DNA of 64,000 bases from an uncultured Chloroflexia bacterium (GTDB lineage: Bacteria; Chloroflexota; Limnocylindria; Limnocylindrales; CSP1-4): positions 192,001-256,000 of the forward strand of contig CAVVJT010000002.1 in assembly GCA_963748625.1 (NCBI GenBank). The letters are read 5' to 3'. The first letter of the stretch is position 1; each line of letters opens with the position of its first letter. Below are positions 33,423 to 43,468 of this stretch, one piece after another. The translations under genes were made by a program, and so were the position numbers. Below the pieces are notes generated by a model. It did not search any database, was not told the DNA's origin, and worked only from the letters and a program-made list of their open reading frames with translations.

Positions 33423-34148
33423 ATGAGCAACGTCGGCGGGAGCCCCCTGCGGGAGCGACTGCGCCCGGCCGTGGTCGTGGGGCTCGTCGCGGGGGCGCTG
33501 CTCGGCGGCTGGGGTGGGGCGTACATGCGCGGCAGCGGCATGTTCTACTCCGACCTCTTCGTGGGTGCCTTCCTGGTCGTTGTCGTCTTGATCGCAGGCG
33601 TCGCCGCAGCCGTGGCGGCCAGGGCTCACTCCGACGAGGCTGCCCGCGCCCTGGCGGGGTTCGCGGGCATGACCGTGGTCGCCACCGCCGTGATGTTCGC
33701 CGTGTCCTCCCCCTACCGGGGTGTCAACCCGGGCGTCTGGTACTTCGGCCGCGCCAGCATGCGCGCCGAGGAGTTGCCGCCGTTCACGTGGCGCATGGGG
33801 TCGAGATGCCTGATCCGAGACGGGGAGGCCTCCCTCTTCTCGGCCGAGGTGAACCTCCGTGAGGCCGCGGACCAGGCGGTGGGCGCCACGTTCCAGGTGA
33901 TCCCGAGCGGCAGCTGGCCGCAGCCCGGCATCTCGATCTCGCTGATGGACCCGTCCATGACCTTCGTCTTCTACACCGCTGACTTCGGCGAGGACGCGGA
34001 GCTGGTCCTGGACACGCCCGACGGCCTTCGCGGCCACGTGACCTTCTTGGCGACCAAGGTGCCGGACCAGTCCGCCTCGCCCGGGCCGGAACCTGACCAG
34101 CTCACCGGGAGCCTCGAGTGGGACTGCACGGTGCCGCCGTCGCCCTGA
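33423..34148 (+). CDS. Hypothetical membrane protein (3 TM + extracytoplasmic domain)
   Basis: GGGAGG SD; hydrophobic N-terminal half; GC-rich codon usage. Confidence 0.65.
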   Translation: MSNVGGSPLRERLRPAVVVGLVAGALLGGWGGAYMRGSGMFYSDLFVGAFLVVVVLIAGVAAAVAARAHSDEAARALAGFAGMTVVATAVMFAVSSPYRGVNPGVWYFGRASMRAEELPPFTWRMGSRCLIRDGEASLFSAEVNLREAADQAVGATFQVIPSGSWPQPGISISLMDPSMTFVFYTADFGEDAELVLDTPDGLRGHVTFLATKVPDQSASPGPEPDQLTGSLEWDCTVPPSP

Positions 34149-34179
34149 GTCACGCGCCCGGAGGGCACCTCGGAATCGA

Positions 34180-34207
34180 GAGACCCGCCTCGCGCGAGGC
34201 GGGTCTC
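34180..34207. terminator. Perfect 28-bp palindrome, probable bidirectional terminator
   Basis: GAGACCCGCCTCGC|GCGAGGCGGGTCTC between convergent genes. Confidence 0.7.
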
Positions 34208-34244
34208 GTGCGCGGGGCTGGCGTCGAGCCGCCAACCCGGTCGA

Positions 34245-34514
34245 TCAGGCGCGGCTCGCGAACCAGATGGTCGGGGCACCGACGACGCCGGCCGAGTGCA
34301 TCGCCTCGCGCAGCTCGCTGCTCCCGGCGAAAGCCTGGGCCGCCTCGAGGGTCGCGAACTCGTGGGTGACGGTGATGTCGCTCGGGTTGTCCACGGCCTG
34401 GTAGACGGCGTCCTCCTGGACACCCAGGGCCAGGGCTGTCGGCTGGAAGCCGTCGTAGACCTGTCGCCAGGCCGCGTAGTCGGATGTCGTGTGCCGAACG
34501 AACAGGGTCGCCAT
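34245..34514 (-). CDS. Small dimeric alpha-beta barrel ('cyclase'/ABM-like) protein, copy 1
   Basis: MATLFVRHTTSDYAAWRQVYDG..HEFATLEAAQAF..LREAMHSAGV; AGGAGG SD. Confidence 0.8.
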   Translation of the reverse strand: MATLFVRHTTSDYAAWRQVYDGFQPTALALGVQEDAVYQAVDNPSDITVTHEFATLEAAQAFAGSSELREAMHSAGVVGAPTIWFASRA

Positions 34515-34572
34515 GGCTCTCGCCTCCTGCGGTCTCGCCGGGCTCGGACGAAGCCCGGTGGCCGCTGGCAGG

Positions 34573-34602
34573 ATCCTGCCACAGCAGTATCTGACATGTC
34601 AA
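34573..34602 (-). promoter_or_regulatory. Sigma70-type promoter TTGACA-N18-(TG)CAGGAT overlapped by palindrome TGACATGTCA (candidate MarR operator)
   Basis: -35 at 34602-34597, -10 at 34578-34573; divergent marR gene adjacent. Confidence 0.6.
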
Positions 34603-34681
34603 CTAGTGACATATGACAAGATGACGAGTGGACAACAGAACCACCGGCGCGCTAGGATCCACCCCGACGAGGAGGACCCTG

Positions 34682-35170
34682 ATGGCATCGAATGAGGACC
34701 CGAGCAGGCCCGACGCCCTGTGGATCAACGCCTGGCGAGGGGTGCTGTTCGCGAGCGCCCGTGTCCTCCGGGTTGCCGAGCTCGACCTCATCGCCAGGGA
34801 GGGCTTCCCGCTGACCTGGTTCGACGTGCTGGCCCAGCTGTACGACGCCGGCGACGACGGGCTGCGCATGCAGGAGCTCCAGCAGCAGTCGTTGTTCACG
34901 CGCAGCGGCATGACAAGGCTCGTCGACCGGATGGAGGAGGCGGGCCTCCTGCGCCGCGAGGCCGTCGCGGGCGACCGCCGGGGGGTCCGCGTGGTGCTGA
35001 CAGCCGAGGGCCGTCGGCGCCACATGACCTCCTTTGCGGACCACCTCACGCTGGTCGAGCGGGAGTTCGGCGGCCGACTCACCCTCGACCAGCAGCAGGC
35101 GGTCGCGGACGCCCTCGCCGTGTTCTGGAGAAGTGCCGCGACGGGGACCGGATCCCCGGCCGACCAATGA
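34682..35170 (+). CDS. MarR-family transcriptional regulator
   Basis: WFDVLAQL, LRMQEL, TRSGMTRLVDRMEEAGLLRR..DRRG..LTAEG. Confidence 0.92.
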   Translation: MASNEDPSRPDALWINAWRGVLFASARVLRVAELDLIAREGFPLTWFDVLAQLYDAGDDGLRMQELQQQSLFTRSGMTRLVDRMEEAGLLRREAVAGDRRGVRVVLTAEGRRRHMTSFADHLTLVEREFGGRLTLDQQQAVADALAVFWRSAATGTGSPADQ

Positions 35171-36009
35171 CCGGCAGGACGGTGCTCGTCACCGGGGCCA
35201 GCAGCGGCATCGGCCGGGCGACGGCCGTCGGGCTGGCAGCGATGGGCGCGCACCTCGCCATCACCGGACGGGATCCCGAGCGCACCGAGGCGGCCGCCTC
35301 GGAGATCCGCGCGGCGGGCGGCGGCGAGGTTGACACGTTCGTTGCGGACCTCTCGTCCCTGGCGGAGGTGCGGCGCTTGGCCGACGAGGTGCTCGGGCGC
35401 CTTCCTCGGATCGATGTCCTGGTCAACAACGTCGGCGGCTATTGGGATACCAGGCATGTCACGGCCGACGGGCTCGAGCGCACCTTCGCGCTCAACCACC
35501 TGGCCCCGTACCTGCTGACCCGCCTGCTGCTCGACCGGCTGCAGGAGAGCGCGCCGGCGCGCGTGGTCACCGTGTCGTCGGGGGCCCACACCATGGGCCG
35601 GATCGACTTCGACGACCTGGGCGGCGAGCGGTCCTACTCGGGCATGCGGGCATACAGCCAGTCCAAGCTCGCCAACCTCCTGTTCACCTACGAGCTGGCG
35701 CGTCGGCTGGGCCCGGGCGGCATCAGCGCGAATGCGCTGCATCCGGGCATGGTGCGGACCGGCTTCGGCGCCGAGGACGCCGGCACTGTCCAGCGGCTGT
35801 TCACCCCGCTCATGCGGCCGTTCATGAAGACCCCGGCCCAGGGTGCCGCCACGTCGATCTTCCTGGCTGCGTCGCCCGACGTGGACGGTGTGACGGGCGG
35901 CTACTTCGCGGGCTGCAAGCCCAAGGCGTCATCGAAGCGCAGCCACGACGAGGCCGCGGCGGCGCGGCTCTGGCAGGTGAGTGCGGACCTGGTGGGCCTC
36001 CCGGCCTGA
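35167..36009 (+). CDS. Short-chain dehydrogenase/reductase (retinol-DH-like subgroup)
   Basis: TGASSGIG, LVNNVG, FALNHLA, YSQSK, LHPGMVRT. Confidence 0.93.
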   Translation: MTGRTVLVTGASSGIGRATAVGLAAMGAHLAITGRDPERTEAAASEIRAAGGGEVDTFVADLSSLAEVRRLADEVLGRLPRIDVLVNNVGGYWDTRHVTADGLERTFALNHLAPYLLTRLLLDRLQESAPARVVTVSSGAHTMGRIDFDDLGGERSYSGMRAYSQSKLANLLFTYELARRLGPGGISANALHPGMVRTGFGAEDAGTVQRLFTPLMRPFMKTPAQGAATSIFLAASPDVDGVTGGYFAGCKPKASSKRSHDEAAAARLWQVSADLVGLPA

Positions 36010-36191
36010 TCGCCCACCCGGCTTCCGGCGGCGGTGACGGCACTCCCGCCGGTAACGCCCAGACGGGCTCGTGCGTCCACCTCACGGCCGGCCCGATGAC
36101 AGGTCGAGTCGCCCGTGACACGACGACAACCGGCTGTCGTGACCGACACCAGCGCGGAGCAGGATTGACCGCGTCGGCCAGGAGGTGCGCC

Positions 36192-38027
36192 GTGAGGGCC
36201 ACAGGCTCTGGAGTCACCATCGCCCCAGTGGGGCCGCGGGCCGGGGTCGTCGGCCTGATCGTGGGATTCCTGCTCCTCGCCGGATGCAGCGGGCCGTCGG
36301 CCGGCCCATCCGAGGCCGCCGCACTGACGTGGGAGGCCCGCGAAGGCCCGGGCCTCGTCACCGATGTGGTCGATGCGGACGGGCGGCTGGTGGCCGTCGG
36401 CTCAGCAGAGACCACCGGCGCGGCGAGCACGCCGCAGGCATGGACCTCGATGGACGGCCGGACGTGGGACGTGGCGGCCGTCGATGGCGACGGACGGATG
36501 GCCGGCGTTGCGCGGGCCGAGGGTGGTTCCCTGGTCGCCGTGGGCGAGCGGGCGACCGGCAGCGCGGTCCGCGCGGCGGCCTGGTTCTCGCCGGATGGCG
36601 CCTCGTGGACGGTCATCGATGACGACGGCGAGTTCGACGCTGGACCCGGCTGCGCCTCCACCAGCCTCGAGGACGTGGCTGCGGGCCCAGCCGGGTTTGT
36701 TGCGGTGGGTACGGAGTGGGGCGAAGGATCCTGCGGTCAGCATGCGGCGGCATGGTGGTCGGCCGATGGCGTGAACTGGATGCGGGCGGCGGACCCGGGC
36801 GGGCACGCGATGCATGCCGTCGTCCAGACCAGGGACGGGTTTGCGGCCGCCGGAGCCGGCAAGGCTGACGCGAACGAGGGGGCCCGGGCGGCTGCCTGGT
36901 GGTCGGCCGACGGCCAGGCGTGGACGCAGGCCGACGCCATCGACGACGTGGACGGCTTCCGCGGCGCCGAGATCCAGGCGCTCGCGGTGGACACCCACGG
37001 TGTTGCTGCGGTCGGGTACTCGATCAACGCAGACACCGGGGCGCTTGCCCCGGCGGCCTGGCGCTCGGGGGACGGGCTGACCTGGACGCGGGCCGACGCG
37101 GAGGGCCTCGTGGGGTCATCGGCACAGGAGCCCGCCGAACCATCCGGCAACGGGACCGGCGCCGTCAGGATGGCCTATGCCGACGGCCTTATCGCCACCG
37201 ACGCGGGTCTCATCGCCACTGGAGTGGCCACCACGACGGAGGTTGGGGCGGGCGGCAGCGTGTCGGACCTCGAGCCCTGGCGCTACCAGCTCTGGACCGC
37301 CGCGACCGACGAGTCCTGGGCGCGCCTCCCTGACACCGCGGCGCCCATCGCCGGCGACGGGAACGTGTTCGTCGCGGGCCCGCGGGCGATCGTCTTCGGG
37401 AACAGCCTGTTCCTCTTCGGCGCGGTCCCTGACCAGCCTGCGACAGACCAGCCGCCATCCACGGGCCCGCCGTCCCTGACGTCGGCAGCCTGGGAGATCG
37501 ACGCCCTCGCGCTGGGCCTGGGTCCGGACGTGATCATGAACGCGTGGTGGAAGGACGCGGGCGGCAGCGGCGTGGGCACCGGCCCGGTCATCGATGCGGG
37601 CGGCCCGCTGAGCGCGCGCAACTGCCCCACCCTCGACGAGGTGCACGCCGCGGTGCCGGCGGTCATCAAGGGCCCGGACGCCAACCCCGAGCCGTTCAAG
37701 GGCCAGGTCCTGCTGTGCTCGTACACGATCGGGGAGCTGGACAACGCTGGATACCCGGCGCTGGTGTCGATCGAGGTCTTCGACGCCTCCGTCGAGGGCG
37801 TCGAGGGCTGGGGCAGCGCCAACGAGGACCCGGCGAACCCGACCGCGATCCCCGGACTTGGCGACAGCGCCACCGCGAAAGGCGGCCCGGGCCACGAGGT
37901 CCTGTGGGTCACGAGCGGGCCGTGGGCCCTGAAGCTGGGCAACAGCCGCGATGACGGGATCCCGCTCGATCAGATGATCGCGTTGGCCCGGACGGCGCTC
38001 GCGAGCGTTGCGCTGCCGCCGAGGTAG
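36192..38027 (+). CDS. Lipoprotein with repeated AAWxSxDGxxW (Asp-box-like) units
   Basis: AGGAGG SD, lipobox LAGC; AWTSMDG, AWFSPDG, AWWSADG x2, AWRSGDG. Confidence 0.75.
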   Translation: MRATGSGVTIAPVGPRAGVVGLIVGFLLLAGCSGPSAGPSEAAALTWEAREGPGLVTDVVDADGRLVAVGSAETTGAASTPQAWTSMDGRTWDVAAVDGDGRMAGVARAEGGSLVAVGERATGSAVRAAAWFSPDGASWTVIDDDGEFDAGPGCASTSLEDVAAGPAGFVAVGTEWGEGSCGQHAAAWWSADGVNWMRAADPGGHAMHAVVQTRDGFAAAGAGKADANEGARAAAWWSADGQAWTQADAIDDVDGFRGAEIQALAVDTHGVAAVGYSINADTGALAPAAWRSGDGLTWTRADAEGLVGSSAQEPAEPSGNGTGAVRMAYADGLIATDAGLIATGVATTTEVGAGGSVSDLEPWRYQLWTAATDESWARLPDTAAPIAGDGNVFVAGPRAIVFGNSLFLFGAVPDQPATDQPPSTGPPSLTSAAWEIDALALGLGPDVIMNAWWKDAGGSGVGTGPVIDAGGPLSARNCPTLDEVHAAVPAVIKGPDANPEPFKGQVLLCSYTIGELDNAGYPALVSIEVFDASVEGVEGWGSANEDPANPTAIPGLGDSATAKGGPGHEVLWVTSGPWALKLGNSRDDGIPLDQMIALARTALASVALPPR

Positions 38028-38369
38028 CTACGTCCGGACGATGTCGACGGAGACCTCGACCGCCGGGACTGCACCCCGGTTCTCGAGCCAGTGCGTCGTG
38101 GCCCGGTCCTCCGGCCAGCCCAGGCCGGGTCCGTAGTCGGTCGTGGTCCCATCGCGGTGGTCGGTGATGGTCCCCTCCAGGACGTAGACCAGGCCCGGTC
38201 GGCCGACATGGTCGTGGACCGGTCCGAAGGTGGCGCCTGGCTCCATGGTCACCAGGCGCATGCGGAGCTGCCGGCCCTCCAGGCCCTCGATCTCGCCGAC
38301 GAGATCGACCGTCGCGAGCAGTTGCACCACGACGCCCCTCGTTCCGGGGGTCACGGGCTGATCGTCCAT
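38028..38369 (-). CDS. Cupin-domain protein
   Basis: [38 protein letters not shown]; GAGGAG SD. Confidence 0.85.
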   Translation of the reverse strand: MDDQPVTPGTRGVVVQLLATVDLVGEIEGLEGRQLRMRLVTMEPGATFGPVHDHVGRPGLVYVLEGTITDHRDGTTTDYGPGLGWPEDRATTHWLENRGAVPAVEVSVDIVRT

Positions 38370-38979
38370 CGGGCTCTCCTCGTGCATGCGGGTGGGATGG
38401 CGGCGCATGACCACGGCAGTGGCGGTCGTGCGGTCCGCATCGTCCAGTGGTCCGCATCGTCCTGCGGTATCCCGCCGGGCGCAAGGCCTGCTGGCGCCCT
38501 CGCGGGCCTGCCGGCGTCCTCCGGCGCCGCCTCGATCACGAGCGCGCTCAAGCATCCTGCCGCCGAGCGCGTGGCCTCAGCGGTCGAAGTTGCGCCGTAC
38601 GGCCTTGAGGTCCGCTGACAGACTGTCCATGCGCGCCCAGCGTGCCAACCGTCGCGTGCCTCGCACTTTCCGCGCGCCCAGCGTGCACGGTTCGCCGGGC
38701 ACCCGCCCGTTGGCGCGGTCGGCGCCTCCGTGGCCGATGCATGCAAAGCGATCGATCCCGCTCGAATTGCCCCAGCGGTGCCTGCCGGGCACTGCGACGA
38801 CGACCTTCCGGCCGTCGAGGCGCCCGATGGGGCTGTCCGCGTGCCGGAGAGGCAACGCGACGGCTGACGGGGGGCGAGGTATTGCTGCCCGCGCACGCGG
38901 TCGGCAACAACACCGCCTCTGTCCCAGGCTTGTCGACCCGCCTAGAATCAGGGTGTCACCAGTTGCGCCCGAGGCTCCC

Positions 38980-39951
38980 ATGTGGCGCCCGCCACGCCTC
39001 CTCCTGGCCGGTGGGATCCTGGCGCTCGCGGCCGTCTGCTCCTCCTCGACCACGATCGCCCTGACTCCGGCCAGGGTCATCTACCACGGTCCGCGGACGG
39101 CCAGGGTGGTCGCCCTCACGATCGATGACGGATACGGCATCGCCAACTGCCGCGCCGTCCTGCGCGTCCTGGAGGAGAACCGCGTCCCGGCGACCTTCTT
39201 TCCCAACGCCATGTACGTGCGCTGGAACCCCTCGTTCTGGCGCCGGATCGCGCGGCTGGGGTTCCCGATCGGCAACCACACGACGCATCACGACATCCCG
39301 TTCACCTCCGACACGTTCGCGCGGATGGTCTCGGAGCTCCGGACTGACCGCCGGATCGTCGAGCGGATCACCGGGCGCCCGATGATCCGTGTCGCCCGAA
39401 CGCCCGGCGGCGCGATCTCGGACCGGACCCGGGCCGCGGCCGCCGCAGCCGGCTACCCGATCCTCCTCAACTGGGACGTCTCGTTCGCCGACTCGGCCCG
39501 GGGGCCCGGGGGCCGGTACCTCTCGGACACCTTCTACTACCGGAACGCCATCAAGGGGACCAGGGGGTCGGTAATCCTGGCGCACTGCGGCCCGGACGTC
39601 GAGCCGCGGATCCTCCTGCGCGTGATCCGCTACTACCGGTCCCACGGCTACCGGTTCGTGACGGTCAACCGGCTGCTGCGCATCCCGGGGCCTGAGCCGT
39701 TCGCGAAACCGACACCCACGCCCACACCCACACCAACGCCCACGACCACGCCGACGCCGACACCCACGCCGACGCCGACACCCACGCCGACACCCACGAC
39801 CACGCCGACGCCCACGACCACGCCGACACCAGGCCCGACGCTCACGCCGACGCCCGAACCCACCCAGGATCCGACGCCCGCACCTGCCGCGGACCCGACG
39901 GCCGCGCCGACACCCAACCCGGACCCGACACCCGCGCAGTCGAGCCGGTAG
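38980..39951 (+). CDS. Secreted polysaccharide deacetylase (CE4/NodB) with Pro-Thr-rich C-terminal tail
   Basis: ALTIDDG, ATFF, GNHTTHH, RTPGG, WDV, VILAH. Confidence 0.88.
   Translation: MWRPPRLLLAGGILALAAVCSSSTTIALTPARVIYHGPRTARVVALTIDDGYGIANCRAVLRVLEENRVPATFFPNAMYVRWNPSFWRRIARLGFPIGNHTTHHDIPFTSDTFARMVSELRTDRRIVERITGRPMIRVARTPGGAISDRTRAAAAAAGYPILLNWDVSFADSARGPGGRYLSDTFYYRNAIKGTRGSVILAHCGPDVEPRILLRVIRYYRSHGYRFVTVNRLLRIPGPEPFAKPTPTPTPTPTPTTTPTPTPTPTPTPTPTPTTTPTPTTTPTPGPTLTPTPEPTQDPTPAPAADPTAAPTPNPDPTPAQSSR
39708..39860 (+). repeat. (PT)n low-complexity coding repeat
   Basis: 6-bp periodic ccNacN units. Confidence 0.9.
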
Positions 39952-40052
39952 CGGGAGTCCCCCCGAATGGACGGGTCCGGCGGGCGAACGGCCGTCGCCG
40001 GAAGGCCACTCGGCACTTGGGAGGGCCCTTGGCGCTGGCGTGCTATTGGCAC

Positions 40053-41282
40053 ATGGAGTTCCTGCGCCGCCAGCAGCGCGACTGGGTGGTGACCGTCGTC
40101 CGGACCTCGCTGGACCGGCTCGCCTACCAGATGGTCTTCCCGTACCTCTCCATCTACATCATCGCGCTCGGGGCCACGGCGACGCAGCTGGGCCTCGTCA
40201 ACAGCCTGGGGATGCTGGTCGCCGGCCTGGCCGGGCCCTACACCGGCTGGCTCATCGACCGGCATGGACCCCGTTCCTTCTACCTGGCCGGGATCGCCCT
40301 GCTGGCCGTCGCGTACCTGACGTACGCGCTCGCGCAGAGCTGGGGCATCACGATCCTGGCGATGGTGGCCTACTGGCTCGGCTTCTCGATCAGCAGCCAC
40401 AGCTGCGCGACCATCTGCGGCAACTGCCTGGCGAACCCGGACCGGGCGACCGGCATGACGATCTGCGAGACGGTCGCGGCGGGGCTGCTCGGCATCGTCG
40501 GACCCATCCTCGGCACCGTGATCGTCGTGTCGTCAGGGGGCGTCGACGTCGACGCGATCCGCCCGCTCTTCGTGCTGGCCTTCGCCATCACCGTTGGCAC
40601 GTTCGTGTTCATCCTCACGCAGCTCTCGGGGCAGCGCTGGGGCGCGCGCGGGTCCGGTCGAGCGGTGTTCCGCGATCTCGGCGAGGTCCTGCGCGAGGGC
40701 CGCTATCTCAAGCGCTGGCTCGTGATCGCCGCCATCGGTCAGCTGCCGGTCGGCATGGTGTTCGCGTTCTCGTCGGTCTACGCCTACGAGGTCAAGGGAG
40801 CCGACGCCGTCGTGCTGGGCGGCATGGCAGCCGCCGCGGCGGTGGGTTCCATCGCCCTGGCCATCCCGCTTGGCAGGATCGCGGACCGCGTGGGGCGCAA
40901 GCGGGTCCTGTACGTGACGATCCCGCTCTTCTCGCTCTCCTGCATCGTGCTCATCTGGGCACCGGGGCCCGTCGCCCTGCTGCTCGCCGGGGCGCTCCAG
41001 TCGTTCTACTACATCGGCGGCCCGATCGGCGCGGCGATGGAACGTGAGCTCGTGCCCGCCGCCCGCATGGGCCGGTGGATCGGGATCGCCCGGGTCGTGA
41101 AGATGTTCACCAGCGCGACGCTCGTGCTCGTCGCGGGCGCCATCTGGGACCGGCTCGGGCCGGAGTACGTGTTCCTCGCATTCGTCGCGATCGACCTCGG
41201 CATCCGGCTCCCGCTGCTCGTGACGATGCCTGAGACACTGGGCATCCGGTTCGCGCCTCGGCCGGTTCCGGCCGCCGACTGA
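40053..41282 (+). CDS. MFS transporter
   Basis: About 12 TM segments; GWLIDRHGPR and GRIADRVGRK motif A copies. Confidence 0.9.
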   Translation: MEFLRRQQRDWVVTVVRTSLDRLAYQMVFPYLSIYIIALGATATQLGLVNSLGMLVAGLAGPYTGWLIDRHGPRSFYLAGIALLAVAYLTYALAQSWGITILAMVAYWLGFSISSHSCATICGNCLANPDRATGMTICETVAAGLLGIVGPILGTVIVVSSGGVDVDAIRPLFVLAFAITVGTFVFILTQLSGQRWGARGSGRAVFRDLGEVLREGRYLKRWLVIAAIGQLPVGMVFAFSSVYAYEVKGADAVVLGGMAAAAAVGSIALAIPLGRIADRVGRKRVLYVTIPLFSLSCIVLIWAPGPVALLLAGALQSFYYIGGPIGAAMERELVPAARMGRWIGIARVVKMFTSATLVLVAGAIWDRLGPEYVFLAFVAIDLGIRLPLLVTMPETLGIRFAPRPVPAAD

Positions 41283-41483
41283 ACGGTCGTACCGAACGGC
41301 CGTGATTGAACAACGTGCCATCTCCTTCTGGCGGCTGCGAAGCATCCTGGGGTGCCACCCGACGGGCGGGCGGGACTGTCGCCATGAGGGCCATGTGGCC
41401 CTCAGCCTGCAGATGGCTGCTCGCTAGAGTCTCGGCGGACGGCTGTGCAGCCCGTCCCATTGCCCGACCTCCTGGGGGGAACC

Positions 41484-43211
41484 ATGACCCGGCGGCTTTC
41501 GACGATCGTTGCGCTCCTCGCGGCCCTCCTGCTGCTTCCCATCCCGACGATCGCGCCAGCCGCTGCAGTCACCCCCGCAGCGGTGCCCACCACCACACGG
41601 CTGCTCAGCGCGACGCCGTCCGGCGAGGTCGGATCGATTGCGTCGTACTCGGCCAGCGTGGATCCCCCGGATGTCGCGGGCGTGCTCAGCTTCGAGGCAT
41701 CAACGGACGATGGAGCCTCCTGGGTGTCCATTGCAGGGGGCACGCTGGCGCCCGACGGCCTGTGGCACGGGTCGAACATGCTGCCGCCGGAGATCGGCAC
41801 TCGGCGAGTGCGGGCCCACTTCCTGCCAGCCTCCCCTGACGTCCTCGAATCATGGTCGGACCCGGTCGCCCAGGTGATCAGTGGCAAGCCGTCAGCGATC
41901 ACCGCGTTTGTCATCTGGGACGGCAACGAGTGCCAGCGTGCCTTCGTGCCGGGGACCACCCCGTTGATCCTGACGGCGACGACGACGGCCCCGAACTGGG
42001 ACGGGAGCACGGATACCAACATCATCTTCGAGACGGCCAACGGGGCCGGCTGGGACCTGCTCGGCCAAGGGACCTCGCTTGGGGGGGATTGGCTATCGGG
42101 CTGGTCGAGCCGCCTGACGATCCCATCGCTGCCAGAAGGGGTCCATACCCTGCGCGCCAGGTATCCGGGCACCACGGCATTCGCGCCGTCATCCGCCACC
42201 ATCCAGGTCACCGTGGCCAGGAGGGCGTCTGTCGTGTCGATTGGCGCTGGGTCGCTCGAGGTGCAGGCCCACCACCCGCTCATCCTCTACCCGAATGTTG
42301 TTGGAGTGTCCTGCACCCCGCCCACCGGGACCTTGACGCTGCGGGAAGGGGCGACCGTCCTTGGCGTGGTTGCGGCACCCGGCGGAGAGGTCACCATCGC
42401 GTCGCTCAGCCTTGGACCCCACGTCTTGACGGCCGACTACGAGGGTGATCTCAACAACTTCCCCGGGACGAGCGATCCGTTCACCGTCATCGTCGTTTCG
42501 GACGTCGTTGACGCCACCGTCGGAGCCTTGACCTACGCAAAGTTCTATCCGTACAAGGACGGCTACCGGGACTCGGTGACGGCGCGTGGGACGCGGGCCG
42601 AGCGTGTCGCCGTCGCCTTCGCCGTACGGGACTCCACCGGGAAGGTCGTGCGGACCGGCTCCATTGCCAGCGGCACGGGGGCGTACGCGTGGGCCTGGAA
42701 CGGCCGCCGGGCCTCCGGGACTCGGGTTGCTGCGGGTACCTACACGATCTGGACGACGTTGAAGGACGCGGCCGGCACCACGAAGTCTGTGAGGCAGTCG
42801 GTCGCGGTCTCCGCCAAGCGTCTCTACTGGTACACGACGGACCTCTACAAGACGTCAACGCAGACCCAGAAATCGACGTCCAACTGGGGGGCGTGGCAGT
42901 TCGCCATGCCATCGGGTGTTGCGTACAAGAACCTGCGCCTGTACGTCTACGGGCACAGCAACATCACGTTCGACCCCTCCGGATTCGGATCGCATGATCG
43001 GCGCACGTGCCCGTTCTCGACGATCGACGCAGGGTGCACGCGCACGACCTACCGGCTCGGCTTCATTGACGGCTGGTCATCGGGAGCCGTCAACGCCACC
43101 TACGGGCGCAGCGGGCGGTACGTTCGTGCGTATGTCTGGGCGGGCGGCGACGGCGGCAAGGTCTGGGTCAGGCGGCTCCGCCTGCACGTGGCCTATGCGC
43201 TGCTGAAGTAG
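41484..43211 (+). CDS. Secreted protein with bacterial Ig-like repeats and a FlgD-Ig-like C-terminal domain
   Basis: Signal peptide; G.HTLRARYPG, PTGTLTL, G.HVLTADYEGD; FYPYKDGYRD...WAWNGR..G..VAAGTY. Confidence 0.75.
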   Translation: MTRRLSTIVALLAALLLLPIPTIAPAAAVTPAAVPTTTRLLSATPSGEVGSIASYSASVDPPDVAGVLSFEASTDDGASWVSIAGGTLAPDGLWHGSNMLPPEIGTRRVRAHFLPASPDVLESWSDPVAQVISGKPSAITAFVIWDGNECQRAFVPGTTPLILTATTTAPNWDGSTDTNIIFETANGAGWDLLGQGTSLGGDWLSGWSSRLTIPSLPEGVHTLRARYPGTTAFAPSSATIQVTVARRASVVSIGAGSLEVQAHHPLILYPNVVGVSCTPPTGTLTLREGATVLGVVAAPGGEVTIASLSLGPHVLTADYEGDLNNFPGTSDPFTVIVVSDVVDATVGALTYAKFYPYKDGYRDSVTARGTRAERVAVAFAVRDSTGKVVRTGSIASGTGAYAWAWNGRRASGTRVAAGTYTIWTTLKDAAGTTKSVRQSVAVSAKRLYWYTTDLYKTSTQTQKSTSNWGAWQFAMPSGVAYKNLRLYVYGHSNITFDPSGFGSHDRRTCPFSTIDAGCTRTTYRLGFIDGWSSGAVNATYGRSGRYVRAYVWAGGDGGKVWVRRLRLHVAYALLK

Positions 43212-43468
43212 GCGCGGACGGCCCCCCCCGCGAGACGAGATCGGCGTCCGCTTCTCGCGAGAACCCGGCATCGCCCAACGGCTGCACCGGTCTCGCCTCG
43301 CGCGTGACGACCGTACGGGCTGGGCGGTCGCAGGTGTTCGGTGGCGACCCTGAATCCCGCCCTGATGTTGTTGCTGAACGAGCCCACGGTCCGCGCGGAT
43401 TCCGGGTATCAATCGATCCCAGCCCTGCGACGTGGCGTGCATGATGCGCGAAGGGGCGCACGCCGCCC

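Larger units (their letters stand above)
34168..34591. repeat. 424-bp near-identical direct repeat, copy 1
   Basis: Matches 50301-50724 with only a handful of substitutions. Confidence 0.95.

Noticed and set aside
39708-39860. Telomere-like or non-coding repeat
   Set aside because: It is an in-frame (PT)n linker of the deacetylase.
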